A stretch of DNA of 64,000 nucleotides from positions 1-64,000 of the forward strand of contig CAVYJM010000018.1 of the NCBI GenBank assembly GCA_963768855.1, given 5' to 3'. Shown here piece after piece: positions 1 to 10,091 of this stretch (its first letter is position 1; each line of letters starts with the position of its first letter). The notes beneath the pieces were generated by a model, which did no database searches, was not told where the DNA came from, and saw only the letters and a program-made list of their open reading frames with translations. The translations under genes and the position numbers were made by a program. The DNA comes from an uncultured Thermoplasmata archaeon. Its GTDB lineage: Archaea; Thermoplasmatota; Thermoplasmata; RBG-16-68-12.

Positions 1-800
1 ATCTAACCTGCTCATGGATCTCTTTTTGCATGAAATGGCGGTACTCGCCCTTTTCTGCGGCTATTGGATCCCAGGCAATGGTTTGAATAACCGGGGTGAC
101 CGGTTTTTTCTCAAATGTTGTCACGGTGACACCTTTGCGGGTGATCACTGCCATCTGGCGCGATTTCAAGAAATGACATTTTGCGGGTTTGTTCCAATAT
201 GGCGGGGATATCCGAGGCAACAAACATTTCATCCTCGCCATATCCAATCACAACACCACCGGCATTCCCAATGCGGGCGGCGATGATTTTGTCCGGTTCG
301 TCTGCCGAAAGTACAACAATTCCATGCGCCCCGCGGATTTGCTGCAGGGTTTTCCGAACAGCTTCTTCCAGGTTGCCGGTAATTGTGACGTAGCGCTCAA
401 TCAGATGAACGATGGTTTCGGTATCGGTATCCGATTTGAATTCCACCCCTTCAGCAGCCAGTTCTTCCTGCAGCTCCTGGTAGTTTTCAACAATACCGTT
501 GTGAACAACCACCACACGTCCGGTTGCCCCGACATGCGGATGTGCATTACGGGCACTGGGTTCACCATGCGTTGCCCAGCGTGTGTGACCAATTCCGATA
601 TTTCCATTTACAGGATCACGGCTGACCAGATTGAACAGGTTATCCAGTTTGCCGGCATCCCGCCGGACTTCAATTTGATTTTTATTGTTTAAGACTGCAA
701 TTCCCGCCGAGTCGTAACCACGATATTCAAGTTTGCGTAAGCCATTTAGTATGATCGGTGTGGCATCTTTGCCGCCGATGTATCCAACAATACCGCACAT
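1..800 (-). CDS. glmS: Glutamine--fructose-6-phosphate aminotransferase, 5' part (runs off the window), one +1 frameshift near 165
   Basis: Starts MCGIVG at 800 after a GGAGG SD. GATase motifs LEYRGYDSAG, GHTRWATHG, HNGIVEN and SDTDTE are present. After removing one T at about 164-166 the frame continues ...WDPIAAEKGEYRHFMQKEIHEQ, a typical GlmS linker. Confidence 0.95.
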
Positions 801-849
801 AGAAAAACCTCCATTGAGAGACCTTGTGTGTAAACTGCAGCAAAATCTT

Positions 850-1047
850 CGTAAAAACAAATACGACACATTTTGTTGCCTTGTGAATATGTTTGTGTTT
901 GGGAAAAGTCAGATTAGAAATCTGAAGGGCATCCGCTGATCTTTCGATTTTCCCGGGAAAATTCCCGGTTAACTTCATCCTGCGATGAAGAACCCTTGTC
1001 CTCGTCACCTGATTATTTCTTTAACCTTACGTCAGGCCATGCGCTAT
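850..1047 (-). ncRNA. glmS ribozyme/riboswitch (variant with a 40-nt insertion)
   Basis: Lies in the glmS 5' leader. It has the AGCGC cleavage-site motif (1045-1041), a P1 stem CCUGA...UCAGG followed by UGACGAGG (1007-1000), then AAGGGU...AUCGAAAGAUCAGCGGAUGCCCUU and a P3-like CAGAUU/AAUCUG stem. Boundaries are approximate. Confidence 0.8.
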
Positions 1048-1095
1048 TCCAACCGTGTTTCAGTTTTCTTTTATTTTTCTGCTCCTTTCCATTCA

Positions 1096-1101
1096 ATTAT
1101 A
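1096..1101 (-). promoter_or_regulatory. Possible sigma70 -10 box for the glmS leader
   Basis: Perfect TATAAT about 50 nt upstream of the ribozyme cleavage site; no convincing -35 box. Confidence 0.35.
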
Positions 1102-1103
1102 CC

Positions 1104-1733
1104 TTAATCACCAAGTGGTTTTTCTCTTTGATAATCTTCAGGTGTATCCAGATCAGCAAAAATGGAGGGGGTATCAACCAAAACATACTGGATGTTATCA
1201 TCTTGGCTGCGAACAAAATCTCGCATGGTCTGAGAATCTGTCAGTTTAAAAATATTCGACCAGAGGGTTTGAGGGATGACCCAGGGATGACCACGTTTCA
1301 TCTGGAAACTTGGCAAAATCAGGTGAGATGGATACTTCCGAGCAGCTTCCAATACTTGATGTACGACTTCTGCTTCGATTTGAGGTTGATCACCCAGTGC
1401 AAGCAGTGCAGAATCAACCCCCAACGATTGCAGTTTATTTAAACCTACCTGCATAGAATGAACCATATTACCATCAGCGTAGTCTGGATTCAACACTATT
1501 TCCACACGCTGCTTTTCGAGGTGAGATGAAAGCAAGTCATGACTTGCTCCGGTCACCAATACTATTGGATCCACCTCAGAACTTTTCAGGGTGTTGATGA
1601 TCTTCTCAATAACGGATTCTTTTCCCCAGGGCAAGAGCAATTTGGGACTACCCATCCGGGAAGCAAGACCGGCACCCAATATCACCGCACCCACGCGCGA
1701 TTGTTGTTTCTTAGATTTGACCATCATCGTCAA
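1104..1733 (-). CDS. MocA/YgfJ-like nucleotidyltransferase (molybdenum cofactor cytidylyltransferase family)
   Basis: ILGAGLASRMGSPKLLLPW, NPDY..G, LGDQP, GHP and DLDTPEDY motifs. Confidence 0.88.
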   Translation of the reverse strand: MTMMVKSKKQQSRVGAVILGAGLASRMGSPKLLLPWGKESVIEKIINTLKSSEVDPIVLVTGASHDLLSSHLEKQRVEIVLNPDYADGNMVHSMQVGLNKLQSLGVDSALLALGDQPQIEAEVVHQVLEAARKYPSHLILPSFQMKRGHPWVIPQTLWSNIFKLTDSQTMRDFVRSQDDNIQYVLVDTPSIFADLDTPEDYQREKPLGD

Positions 1734-2700
1734 ACCTCAACCTTACCTGGTCGTCATACCAAGCTAAATACTCCACTTTATTCTTGGAAGTCAAAGTTTT
1801 GAACTCCTTGATCTCCTGTTAAACTGGCAAATTGATTGAATGTGCTGCGATCAAATAGGACCGGGTTAGACCTTTGTCCCGCGACGAGCGGCATCACCAC
1901 TGCAGCAAAGGATGTCCTCCATAAATTGATGAGCGATTGACAGATTCCGACCAATAAATGGGAGGTCTGCATCAAAGAAAATCACCGCACCAGTCTTAAG
2001 GGGGATGTTTTTCATGGCTGTCAAGATCGAGGTGCTGCTACCCAGTTGCCAATCAGCATTGACAATTATCTTCAACTCCTTGTTTTCGATCTTTGAAAAA
2101 TCATCAAGACCATCCTTAGGAATGACCATAATAACAGGTGATGATCCCGCCAGGGATACCTCTTGAATGAGATTTTGCAGCACAGATAACCGCTTATCAG
2201 AATGATTTGGATGATTATCTCCATTAACCAATATCACACCGCAGATTGGCTCAAATCGAGCATGAACCATGGGTTGGATTGTCCCCTCCAGTGATGCTAC
2301 AATCACCCGATCCGCTCCAGCTCGAATTGCATCATCCGCCCGCCTGCCGGATTTAGCCTGCGCAGTTGGTGGTTTGCTCGGTCGAACAGGAGGATGATCT
2401 CTGCTTTTGGTTGTCTAAATTTCATCCAACCGTCTGGATCAAACTGGCTTGATAGCGAATAATCCTCGCGAATGATGATGTGTTTAGTTTCAGCCGGGAA
2501 GATTTCCCCATGGATAGGAACCATTAGATCGAGTGTTGACCTCGATCAGGAGGGTGAATTGTTTTTGTTTCCAGATATCCAAAGAGCTGCCATCATTTCT
2601 GGTGTCAGCCTACTTTGGGCTGCACCATTGGAGGATGGACTTGTTAAATCGGAGGACCCTTCGATCGATACTTTTGAGCGCATTATCCAATTCTGAACGA
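1711..2700 (-). pseudogene. Frameshifted YqeC-like/MocA-like fusion fragment with a degenerate NTP-transferase domain; 5' end lost at the junction
   Basis: Fragments in shifting frames: EPICGVIL..., IVNADWQLGSSTSI...GAVIFFDADLP, then ...GQRSNPVLFDRSTF...LTGDQG..., then ...VEYLAWYDD. Frameshifts lie near 2305, 1942 and 1798. The LAAGxSxRxG motif is absent. The YqeC assignment for the upstream part is weak. Confidence 0.5.
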
Positions 2701-2704
2701 TCTT

Positions 2705-2855
2705 TCGAGGTTTCCTCCTGGACCGCATCGTAGGTGCCCTTGGGCAGAAGGTGGTCGTACCGGTGGATGCCGACCGAGGTCGCGGTGAGCGGATCCCACT
2801 CCGTGTACCAGTCGAAGAGGTCCTTCACGAAGGCGTCGAACTCCGCATCGGACAC
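2705..2855 (-). CDS. N-terminal fragment of a DUF885-like protein, truncated at the GC junction
   Basis: VSDAEFDAFVKDLFDWYTEWDPLTATSVGIHRYDHLLP resembles the DUF885 N-terminus. High-GC codon usage stops near 2710. Confidence 0.5.
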
Positions 2856-2893
2856 GGCCCGCGGCAAGGCGCTCCCCGGATATAGGGTTGCCT

Positions 2894-3670
2894 TCAGAGC
2901 TCGACGCGCCGTCCGTCCTTCGTCCGGCGATACGCGCCGAAGTCGCGGGAGGCCGCGAGTGCCGGCCCCGCGAAGATGGGGCCGTCGACGCACACGAGTC
3001 GGTCGTCGAACGCGCAGGCATCGCAGATCCCGATCCCGCATTTCATGTACCGCTCGAGCGAGGCCTGGACCTTAATCCCGCGCTTGTTGGCGAGGTCGAC
3101 CATGAGCTTCATCATCTTCTCCGGACCGCAGGTCAGGATCTGGTCGAACTTGTGCTTCTCGAGGAGCCGCTCCGCAAGGGACGGCACGAAGCCGTGAAAG
3201 CCGCGGCTCCCGTCGTCCGTGGAGACGTGCACCTCGCCCGAGGCGGACGCGCGGTCGACGAAGAGCAGCTCCTCCGCGGTCCGCGCCCCGACCGCGGTCG
3301 TCACCTCGGCGCCCTGCTGGGCGAACGCCTCGATCGCGGCGATCACGGACGCCATGCCCGTTCCTCCGGCCACGGCGAGGACCTTCTCGCCCTCGAGCCG
3401 GAACGTGTTCCCGTACGGACCGCGGACGCCGATCCGGTCCCCGGGGCGGAACGCCTGCATGGCCCGGGTCGAGTCGCCGTACGCATGGACCGTGATGCCC
3501 TTCACGGGACCGAGATACGAGAGGGCCATCGGAAGCTCGTCGTGCCCGGGGATCCAGACCATGATGAACTGGCCCGCCGCGCCGCCGAAGTCCGCGCGGA
3601 ACCGGTACGTCGTCGTGTGGTGGCTCTCCTTCACGAGCTCGAGAAGGGGCACGACCTGCATCCTACTCAT
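2894..3670 (-). CDS. pyrK: Dihydroorotate dehydrogenase electron transfer subunit
   Basis: RGPYG, AGGTG, CGP and the 2Fe-2S motif MKCGIGICDAC...VC.DGP; overlaps pyrD stop. Confidence 0.93.
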   Translation of the reverse strand: MSRMQVVPLLELVKESHHTTTYRFRADFGGAAGQFIMVWIPGHDELPMALSYLGPVKGITVHAYGDSTRAMQAFRPGDRIGVRGPYGNTFRLEGEKVLAVAGGTGMASVIAAIEAFAQQGAEVTTAVGARTAEELLFVDRASASGEVHVSTDDGSRGFHGFVPSLAERLLEKHKFDQILTCGPEKMMKLMVDLANKRGIKVQASLERYMKCGIGICDACAFDDRLVCVDGPIFAGPALAASRDFGAYRRTKDGRRVEL

Positions 3671-4571
3671 GGGCCACCCCCACCGCCTCCGCAACCCCCT
3701 TGAAGCCGATGTCCTCGAGGAGGAAGCCCATCTCCTTCGTCACCCGCTCGAAGACCCCGAGCCCCTGGTCCACGAGGGCGGTCCCGATCTGCACGGCGCG
3801 GGCCCCCGCCATGATATACTCCAGGGCGGCGTGTCCCGAGTCGACCCCGCCTACGCCGATCACGGGGATGTCCACCTTCTCGTAGATGTCGTACACCGCG
3901 CGCACGCCGATGGGTCGGATCGCGGGGCCGCTCAGCCCGCCGTAGCGGTTCGCGAGGACGGGCATGCGCAGCTCCGGGGCGATGGACATGGCCTTGACTG
4001 TGTTGATCGCGACGATGCCGTCTGCTCCGCCGCGCTCCGCGGCCACGGCGAAGGAGGCGATGTCCGCGACGTTCGGGGAGAGCTTGGGGAAGACCGGGAC
4101 GTCCACGGCGTCCTTCACGGCACGGGTGAACTCCCGCACCGCCTCCTCGCTCTGCGCGATCTCCGTGCCGAGGCCCTTGGCGTGCGGGCAGGAGAGATTC
4201 ATCTCGATCGCCGCGGCGCCCGCCTCGGCCATGCGGCCCGCCACGAGGGCGTACTCCGCCGCGTCCTTCCCGTACACGGACCCGATGACGAGGGCCTTCG
4301 CGGCAAGGGCCTCCTCGAGCTCCGGGACGAAGGCCTCGATCCCGGGGTTCGGCAGGCCGACCGCATTCAACAGCCCGCCGTCAATCTCGACCACGGTGGG
4401 GTTCGCGTAGCCCTCGCGAGGCTCCGGACCGATGCTCTTCGTGACGACGGCCCCGGCCCCCGCGCGGTGCACACGGACCAGGGAACCGCCCGTCTCGTCC
4501 AGGAATCCGGAGGCGAGGATCGTGGGGTTGCGCAGGCGGAGGCCCGCGAGCTCCGTCCGGAGGTCGACCAT
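3663..4571 (-). CDS. pyrD: Dihydroorotate dehydrogenase (family 1B)
   Basis: LRNPTILASG, TKS...REG..NPT, NLSCP, KLSPN, INT, GGLSG and IGVGG motifs. Confidence 0.95.
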   Translation of the reverse strand: MVDLRTELAGLRLRNPTILASGFLDETGGSLVRVHRAGAGAVVTKSIGPEPREGYANPTVVEIDGGLLNAVGLPNPGIEAFVPELEEALAAKALVIGSVYGKDAAEYALVAGRMAEAGAAAIEMNLSCPHAKGLGTEIAQSEEAVREFTRAVKDAVDVPVFPKLSPNVADIASFAVAAERGGADGIVAINTVKAMSIAPELRMPVLANRYGGLSGPAIRPIGVRAVYDIYEKVDIPVIGVGGVDSGHAALEYIMAGARAVQIGTALVDQGLGVFERVTKEMGFLLEDIGFKGVAEAVGVAHE

Positions 4572-4698
4572 CTCCGGTGCGGAAGTGGGCGGCGCCCTAA
4601 AGGCTTTGCGCCGCGCCCGCGACGGGGGAGGGCTCCGGCGCTCCGTTCCGGGTCGCTCCCAGGAACCTTTATCTCGATTCCCCTTCTAGGCACTCCGG

Positions 4699-6847
4699 AT
4701 GCGCATCGCCGACCTGGGGCTCGACCCAAGGATCGTCGAGATCCTCAAGGTTCAGGGGATCGAGGAACTCTATCCGCCGCAGGCCGCGGCGATCGGCCCC
4801 GCGCTCCTCGGGGAGAACGTGGTCCTCGCGATCCCCACCGCGAGCGGGAAGTCCCTCGTCGCATACCTCGCCATCTTGGCGTCCGTCCTGCGGGGCGGCA
4901 AGGCCCTGTACATCGTGCCCCTGCGCGCGCTCGCGGCGGAGAAGTTCGAGGAGCTGAAGGCGTTCGAAGAGGTCGGGTTGAAGGTCGGCATCAGCGTCGG
5001 GGACTACGACTCGCCGGATCCGTCCCTCGAGAAGTTCGACGTCATCGTCGCCACGTCCGAGCGGGCCGATTCCCTCCTGCGGCACCGCCTCAACTGGCTC
5101 CAGGAGCTGACCGTGGTGGTGGCCGACGAGGTCCACCTGATCAACGACGCGGACCGCGGGCCGACCCTCGAGGTCACCCTGGCGAAGCTGCGGCAGGTCA
5201 ACCCGAAGGCCCAGGTCCTCGCCCTGAGCGCGACGATCAAGAACAGCGACGAGCTCGCGCGGTGGCTCGAGGCCGAGCACGTGAAGAGCGACTGGCGTCC
5301 CGTGCCGCTGAAGGAAGGCGTCTACTACGACGGCCTCGTGCACTTCACCGACAACTCGGTTCAGGAGATCAAGGCGGGAGAAGACGACCTCACCGGGCTC
5401 GTCGAAGACATCGTCGGATCCGGAGGCCAGGCGCTCGTCTTCGTCAACACGCGTCGGTCGACAGAAGCGCTCGCGAAGAACCTCGGCGCGTACATGAAGT
5501 CCCGGCTGAGCGAGAAGCAGCGAGAGCACCTTGCGAAGGTCGCGGAGACGATCGCCCGGGAGCAGGACGAGCCGACGTCTATGGCCGCACGGCTCGCGAA
5601 GTGCATCGAGGGCGGCGTGGCCTTCCACAACGCTGGACTCACCAATCCGCAGCGGAGCCTCGTCGAGAAGGAATTCAAGCACCGTCACATCGTGTGCATC
5701 GCCGCGACCCCGACGTTGGCTTCCGGAATCAACCTCCCGGCCCGCCGAGTGATCGTCCGCGACCTGAACCGGTACGACCTGAACATGGGCCTCTCGCCGA
5801 TTCCAGTCCTCGAGATCAAACAGATGGCGGGACGCGCGGGGCGGCCGAAGTACGACAAGTACGGCGAGGCCATCCTGTTCGCGAAGGACATCGACGACGT
5901 CGACGAGCTCATGGACGAATACTTCCGGAGCGAGCCGGAGGCCATCGAGTCCAAGCTCGGCTCCGAGCCCGCGCTCCGGATGCACGTGCTCGCGAGTATC
6001 GCGACCGGCCATGTGCACACGGAGGAGGACCTGTTCGCCTTCTTCAACCGCACGTTCTTCGCCTTCACGGGCGACGTGGCCACGATCCACGGGAAGATCC
6101 GCGAGGTGCTCGACTTCCTCGCGAAGGAGGAGTTCATCACCCGCCAGGACGGCTACGTCAAGCCCACCTTCTTCGGCAAGACGGACGTCCGACCTGTACA
6201 TCGACCCGCTGAGCGCCGTGAAGATGCGGGACTCCCTCCTTTCGACGAAGGACGGATCGTTCTACCACCTGTGGACGATCTGCTCCACGCCGGACATGCC
6301 CAAGCTCTACCTGCGCCGAGGCGACTACGCATGGGTCGAGCAGAAGATCGAGCAGGAGGACCTCACCTTTCCGGTCGAGGATTACGACTTCTTCCTCGCG
6401 GAGGTCAAGACCGCGACGCTCCTCGACGACTGGATGACCGAGAGGACCGAAGAGGAGGTCACGAAGAAGTTCAGCATCGGTCCCGGGGACGTGCGGCGCC
6501 TCACGGACCAGGCGGAGTGGCTGCTCTACTCCATGGCCGAGCTCGGGAAGATCTTCAACAAGAAGAAGGTCCGCGCCCTGACGCGGCTCACGATCCAGGT
6601 CCAGTACGGCGTGAAGGAGGAACTCCTCGAGCTGATCTCCCTTCGCGGCGTCGGGCGGGTGCGGGGGCGGGCGCTGTTCGCACGCGGCTACCACACCCTG
6701 CGGGAGCTGCAGAAGGCGGACCCGAACGAACTCGCTCGCATCCCGAGCATCGGGCCCGCTCTGGCCAAGAAGCTCAAAGAGCAGCTCGGGGAGACGGTCG
6801 ACGTGAAGGCGATCACGGGCCAGGCGGGCCTGGGGGATTTCGGATGA
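4699..6847 (+). CDS. hel308: Ski2-like DNA helicase Hel308, one +1 frameshift at about 6181
   Basis: PTASGKS, DEVH, LSAT, HNAGL, TPTLASGINLP and QMAGRAGRP motifs. Removing A6181 restores FFGKRTSDLYIDP and joins the C-terminal HhH domain (ORF ending 6847). Confidence 0.93.
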
Positions 6848-7338
6848 GCCACACGATGGCGGGAGCCCGCGGCACGGTGAAGGACCGCGACGAGGTCCTG
6901 CGCCAGGCGCAGTCGTGGGCGGCCGCGAGAGGCTCCGAGGTCCTCCTCGCAGACGCGTCCGTCGTCTTCGGGCGCGACCACTTGGAGTCCGCGGCCCTCC
7001 ATGCGGAACGGGCCCAAGGCCAGGGGAGCATGGCCACTCGGTCTGTGTCCATGGAAGCGCTACTCTACCTCGCGGGGCAGAGACAGGTAGCCGACGCGAT
7101 CCGGATTGCGGGGATCAAGGATGACACGGAGACCGTGGCGCTGGTCGTCTTCGGCGGCGCACCGATCGACGATCTGCTGGCCGTCCTCCGATGGTCCCGC
7201 GACGACGGAGTCCTCGAAGCGGGGGGCAAGACCCTCCGCGTCCTCGGCCTCACCCGTGCGGCGGAACGCACGGTCTCGGCGGACCGCGTTACCGACTTGG
7301 CCCTGGAGAAGACGGCCCTGGTGGATCTCGAGAAGTGA
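6844..7338 (+). CDS. cgi121: KEOPS complex subunit Cgi121
   Basis: DHLESAALHA...SMEALLYLAGQRQVADAI...GIK signature; ATGA overlap with hel308. Confidence 0.85.
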   Translation: MSHTMAGARGTVKDRDEVLRQAQSWAAARGSEVLLADASVVFGRDHLESAALHAERAQGQGSMATRSVSMEALLYLAGQRQVADAIRIAGIKDDTETVALVVFGGAPIDDLLAVLRWSRDDGVLEAGGKTLRVLGLTRAAERTVSADRVTDLALEKTALVDLEK

Positions 7339-7365
7339 GAGGCCAATCGGAAGTCCCGCCGGCGG

Positions 7366-7587
7366 TCACGGGAAGAAGCGTCCCCAGTTGACGGCCAGCC
7401 CCACCACGATTGCGAGACCGAGGATGAACGCGAGAACCCACAGCAGGCCGATGCTGTCCCCCGCCTCCAGACGTCCGTCGCGGACGCCGCCGTCGACGAC
7501 GTGGCGTTCGAGCTCGGGCGGGAAGTCCGTCCGCATGCTCTGGCTCATCAATGGGTCGGTCTCCGTCGGGCTGCGGATCAACGACAC
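7366..7587 (-). CDS. Small membrane protein (start uncertain, 7587 or 7551)
   Basis: Single C-terminal hydrophobic helix (IGLLWVLAFILGLAIVVGLAV); fills the gap between cgi121 and the tRNA. Confidence 0.55.
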   Translation of the reverse strand: MSLIRSPTETDPLMSQSMRTDFPPELERHVVDGGVRDGRLEAGDSIGLLWVLAFILGLAIVVGLAVNWGRFFP

Positions 7588-7647
7588 GGAAGATCCCTCC
7601 GGTCACGCCATGGACCGCCCGGAGGGTGGACATTTCGCATGTGGAAG

Positions 7648-7731
7648 TGCGGCGGCCAGGATTTGAACCTGGGAACCCCTGCGGGACGGGACCCTAAATC
7701 CCGCGCCGTTTCCATGCTTGGCTACCGCCGC
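7648..7731 (-). tRNA. tRNA-Leu(UAG)
   Basis: GCGGCGG acceptor stem, anticodon arm CGGGA-TTTAGGG-TCCCG, long variable arm, T-arm CCAGG-TTCAAAT-CCTGG, discriminator A, no encoded CCA. Confidence 0.96.
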
Positions 7732-7815
7732 GCGTCCGGGAGCCGCGGCGACATAGAAAAGGGTTCCCGCATCGCGACGAAAAGGTACATGGTCCTTCGG
7801 CGCTTCGTGGTCCCG

Positions 7816-8730
7816 ATGCCCTTCGAGCGCCTCCACTTCGACGCGGAGTCCTACCTGACCGACATCCGGATGTTCCAGGAAGACGGTTTCGGGGCCATCT
7901 ACCTGATCGACGACGAGCGCAAGGCCATCGTCGAGACGGGGACCTCCCACGAGGTCGACCGGATCGTCGAGGCGGTGCGGGCGTTCGGGCTCAAGCCCGC
8001 AGACGTGGACGCCCTGATCGTGTCCCACATCCATCTGGACCATGCGGGCGGCGCAGGTTTCCTCCTGGAGACGATGCCCCACGCGAAGGTGTACGTGCAC
8101 GAGCGTGGGTACAAGCACCTCGTTGATCCGACCAAGCTCGTCGCGAGCGCCGCAACCGCCCTCGGCCCCGAGGCCGCCTACTTCGGAACGATGCGCCCGA
8201 TCCGCGCGGACCGCCTCGTGTCCGTGCACGATGGCCTGACCCTCGACCTGGGGAAGCACGAGCTCGAGTTCCTCGATTCCCCGGGACACGCGCCCCACGA
8301 GCTGACCATCCTCGACCGCCGCAACCGGTGCGTGTACACGGGCGATGCCGCGGGCCTCTACTTCCCCGCGGACGAGATCCTCATGCCCGTGGCGCCCGCG
8401 CCTGCGTTTGACCTGGAGAAGAATCTACAGACGTTTGAGCGGCTCCTGAGCCTCGATCCCCGTGCCCTCCTGTTCAGCCACTACGGCCCGCACACGCGGC
8501 CGAAGGAGGCGATCGAGCGCATGATGGCCCTGTACCCGGCCTGGTCGCGGATCGTCCGGGACCGGCTCGCCACGGCGGGCGAGGACGGCGTCCTGCGGGA
8601 GATGTACGACATGACGGTCCGCGCGCCCAAGCACTACTCGAAGGAGTTCCTCGAGCGGCGCATCCGGACGAGCATCACGGGACTCGCCGACTACCACGCG
8701 AGGATGGAACATGCTGCCCCCCAGCGTTGA
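7816..8730 (+). CDS. MBL-fold metallo-hydrolase
   Basis: SHIHLDHAGG, PGHAPH, TGD and SHYG metal-binding motifs. Confidence 0.92.
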   Translation: MPFERLHFDAESYLTDIRMFQEDGFGAIYLIDDERKAIVETGTSHEVDRIVEAVRAFGLKPADVDALIVSHIHLDHAGGAGFLLETMPHAKVYVHERGYKHLVDPTKLVASAATALGPEAAYFGTMRPIRADRLVSVHDGLTLDLGKHELEFLDSPGHAPHELTILDRRNRCVYTGDAAGLYFPADEILMPVAPAPAFDLEKNLQTFERLLSLDPRALLFSHYGPHTRPKEAIERMMALYPAWSRIVRDRLATAGEDGVLREMYDMTVRAPKHYSKEFLERRIRTSITGLADYHARMEHAAPQR

Positions 8731-9586
8731 GGAATCGATCCAGGGTATCGCGGAGGACCACACGAGCGGCGCCTCGCGGATCGCGCGGCTCGCGATCGAG
8801 ACGCTCGCCCTCCTGGTCGTCGAGGAGAAGGGGCATCCCGATCCGGCCCACCTCGCGGAGGCGGGCCGCCGCATCGCGGACGCGCAGCCCGCCATGGCGG
8901 TCGTCTACAACGTCGCGCACCTGTTCACCCAGCTCGTCGGCGAGGGGCACGAGCCGATGGCCGTGCGGGCCCAGCTGCTCTCCGAGCTCGACACGTCGCG
9001 GGAGCGGATCGCCCACGCGTACCTGAAGATCGCCCCGGAGGAGGCGAGGATCGTGACCGCGAGCTTCAGCGATAACGTGCTCGCGTGCCTCCAGGCCGCG
9101 CACCAGAGGGGCCGGATCGCGCATGTCACGGTCCTGGAGGCGCGACCCCTGCTCGAGGGGCGGTTCATGGTCGTCGCGCTCAAGGAGGCCGGGATCCCCG
9201 CGAGCCTCGCGCCCGACGGGCTCGGACCCGGGCTGGTTGGACAGGCCACGGGAGTCCTCATTGGCGCGGACAGCGTCCTGAAGGACGGGGCGGTCGTAAA
9301 CAAGATCGGCAGCTACGGGCTCGCCCTCGCGGCGAAGGAGCACGGGAAGTCGTTCCACGTCGCCTGCGAGACCCTGAAGTTCGATGCGCGACATGATGCG
9401 GCCTCGTGGCCCGGGTCGCCCGCGATGAATCCGAGGGAGGTCTGGGAGAACCCGCCCGAGAAGGTGGACGTCGTCAACCGGTACTTCGAGGTCGTACCCG
9501 CGAACCTCGTCTCGATGATCGTGACGGAGCGCGGTTCGTACGCGCCAGACCTCATCAAGACGATGATGGCTCAAGCCAAAACCTAG
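8711..9586 (+). CDS. eIF-2B alpha/beta/delta-family protein
   Basis: DHTSGASRIA, QPAMA, EARPLLEG, GADS, NKIGS..LAL and FEV motifs. TASFS replaces the THC of R15P isomerases. Confidence 0.85.
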   Translation: MLPPSVEESIQGIAEDHTSGASRIARLAIETLALLVVEEKGHPDPAHLAEAGRRIADAQPAMAVVYNVAHLFTQLVGEGHEPMAVRAQLLSELDTSRERIAHAYLKIAPEEARIVTASFSDNVLACLQAAHQRGRIAHVTVLEARPLLEGRFMVVALKEAGIPASLAPDGLGPGLVGQATGVLIGADSVLKDGAVVNKIGSYGLALAAKEHGKSFHVACETLKFDARHDAASWPGSPAMNPREVWENPPEKVDVVNRYFEVVPANLVSMIVTERGSYAPDLIKTMMAQAKT

Positions 9587-9681
9587 GTTTCGGCGGGTCG
9601 AAAACGAGCAGTCCGCGGAGGCGGAGTGCACTCCGATGGACATCGGTCATAATTGCAGGCCGAAGGTTCATATATCGTCGC

Positions 9682-9698
9682 CTATAACAGGGTTATAG
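9682..9698. promoter_or_regulatory. Perfect palindrome CTATAAC-AGG-GTTATAG, candidate operator
   Basis: Lies between a TATA-like TTCATATA (9667-9674) and the ATG at 9704. Confidence 0.55.
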
Positions 9699-9703
9699 AT
9701 AAC

Positions 9704-10084
9704 ATGACCCAGCAGGAACTGCACATCGTCCTCGTCTCGAACGACCCGCAGCGCGCGTATCCCGCCTTCCAGCTCGCGATGGGCGCAGCCGCGATGGGGA
9801 ACAAGGCCCGGATCTACGCGACAACCGCGGGGCTCGAACTCCTGAAGAAGGGAGCCGCGGACAAGGTCCAGCTTCCCGGCTACCCGCCCCTGGGGCAGGT
9901 GCTGCGCGACGCGATCAAGTGCGGCGCCGAGGTGTGCGCTTGCGCGGCGTCCGGCGAAATCCTGAGGAGCCAGGGCATGACGCCGGAGACCGTCGAGCCG
10001 GGTGTGAAGCTGGAGGACATGATCGGTTTCCTCAACGGGGCGCTGCCCGCTGCCAAGAACGGCGGCGTCGTGACGTTCATCTGA
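9704..10084 (+). CDS. DsrE/DsrF-like peroxiredoxin/sulfur-relay protein
   Basis: AYPAFQLAMGAAAMG...GLELLKKG and GAEVCAC motifs; directly followed by a TusA gene. Confidence 0.8.
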   Translation: MTQQELHIVLVSNDPQRAYPAFQLAMGAAAMGNKARIYATTAGLELLKKGAADKVQLPGYPPLGQVLRDAIKCGAEVCACAASGEILRSQGMTPETVEPGVKLEDMIGFLNGALPAAKNGGVVTFI

Positions 10085-10091
10085 GGCGAGC

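Noticed and set aside
2610-2720. The DUF885-like frame reads through the junction with a vaguely plausible sequence (SELDNALKSIDRRVL)
   Set aside because: Codon usage turns AT-rich there and the frame stops at 2610; a chance open frame is more likely than a real fusion gene.
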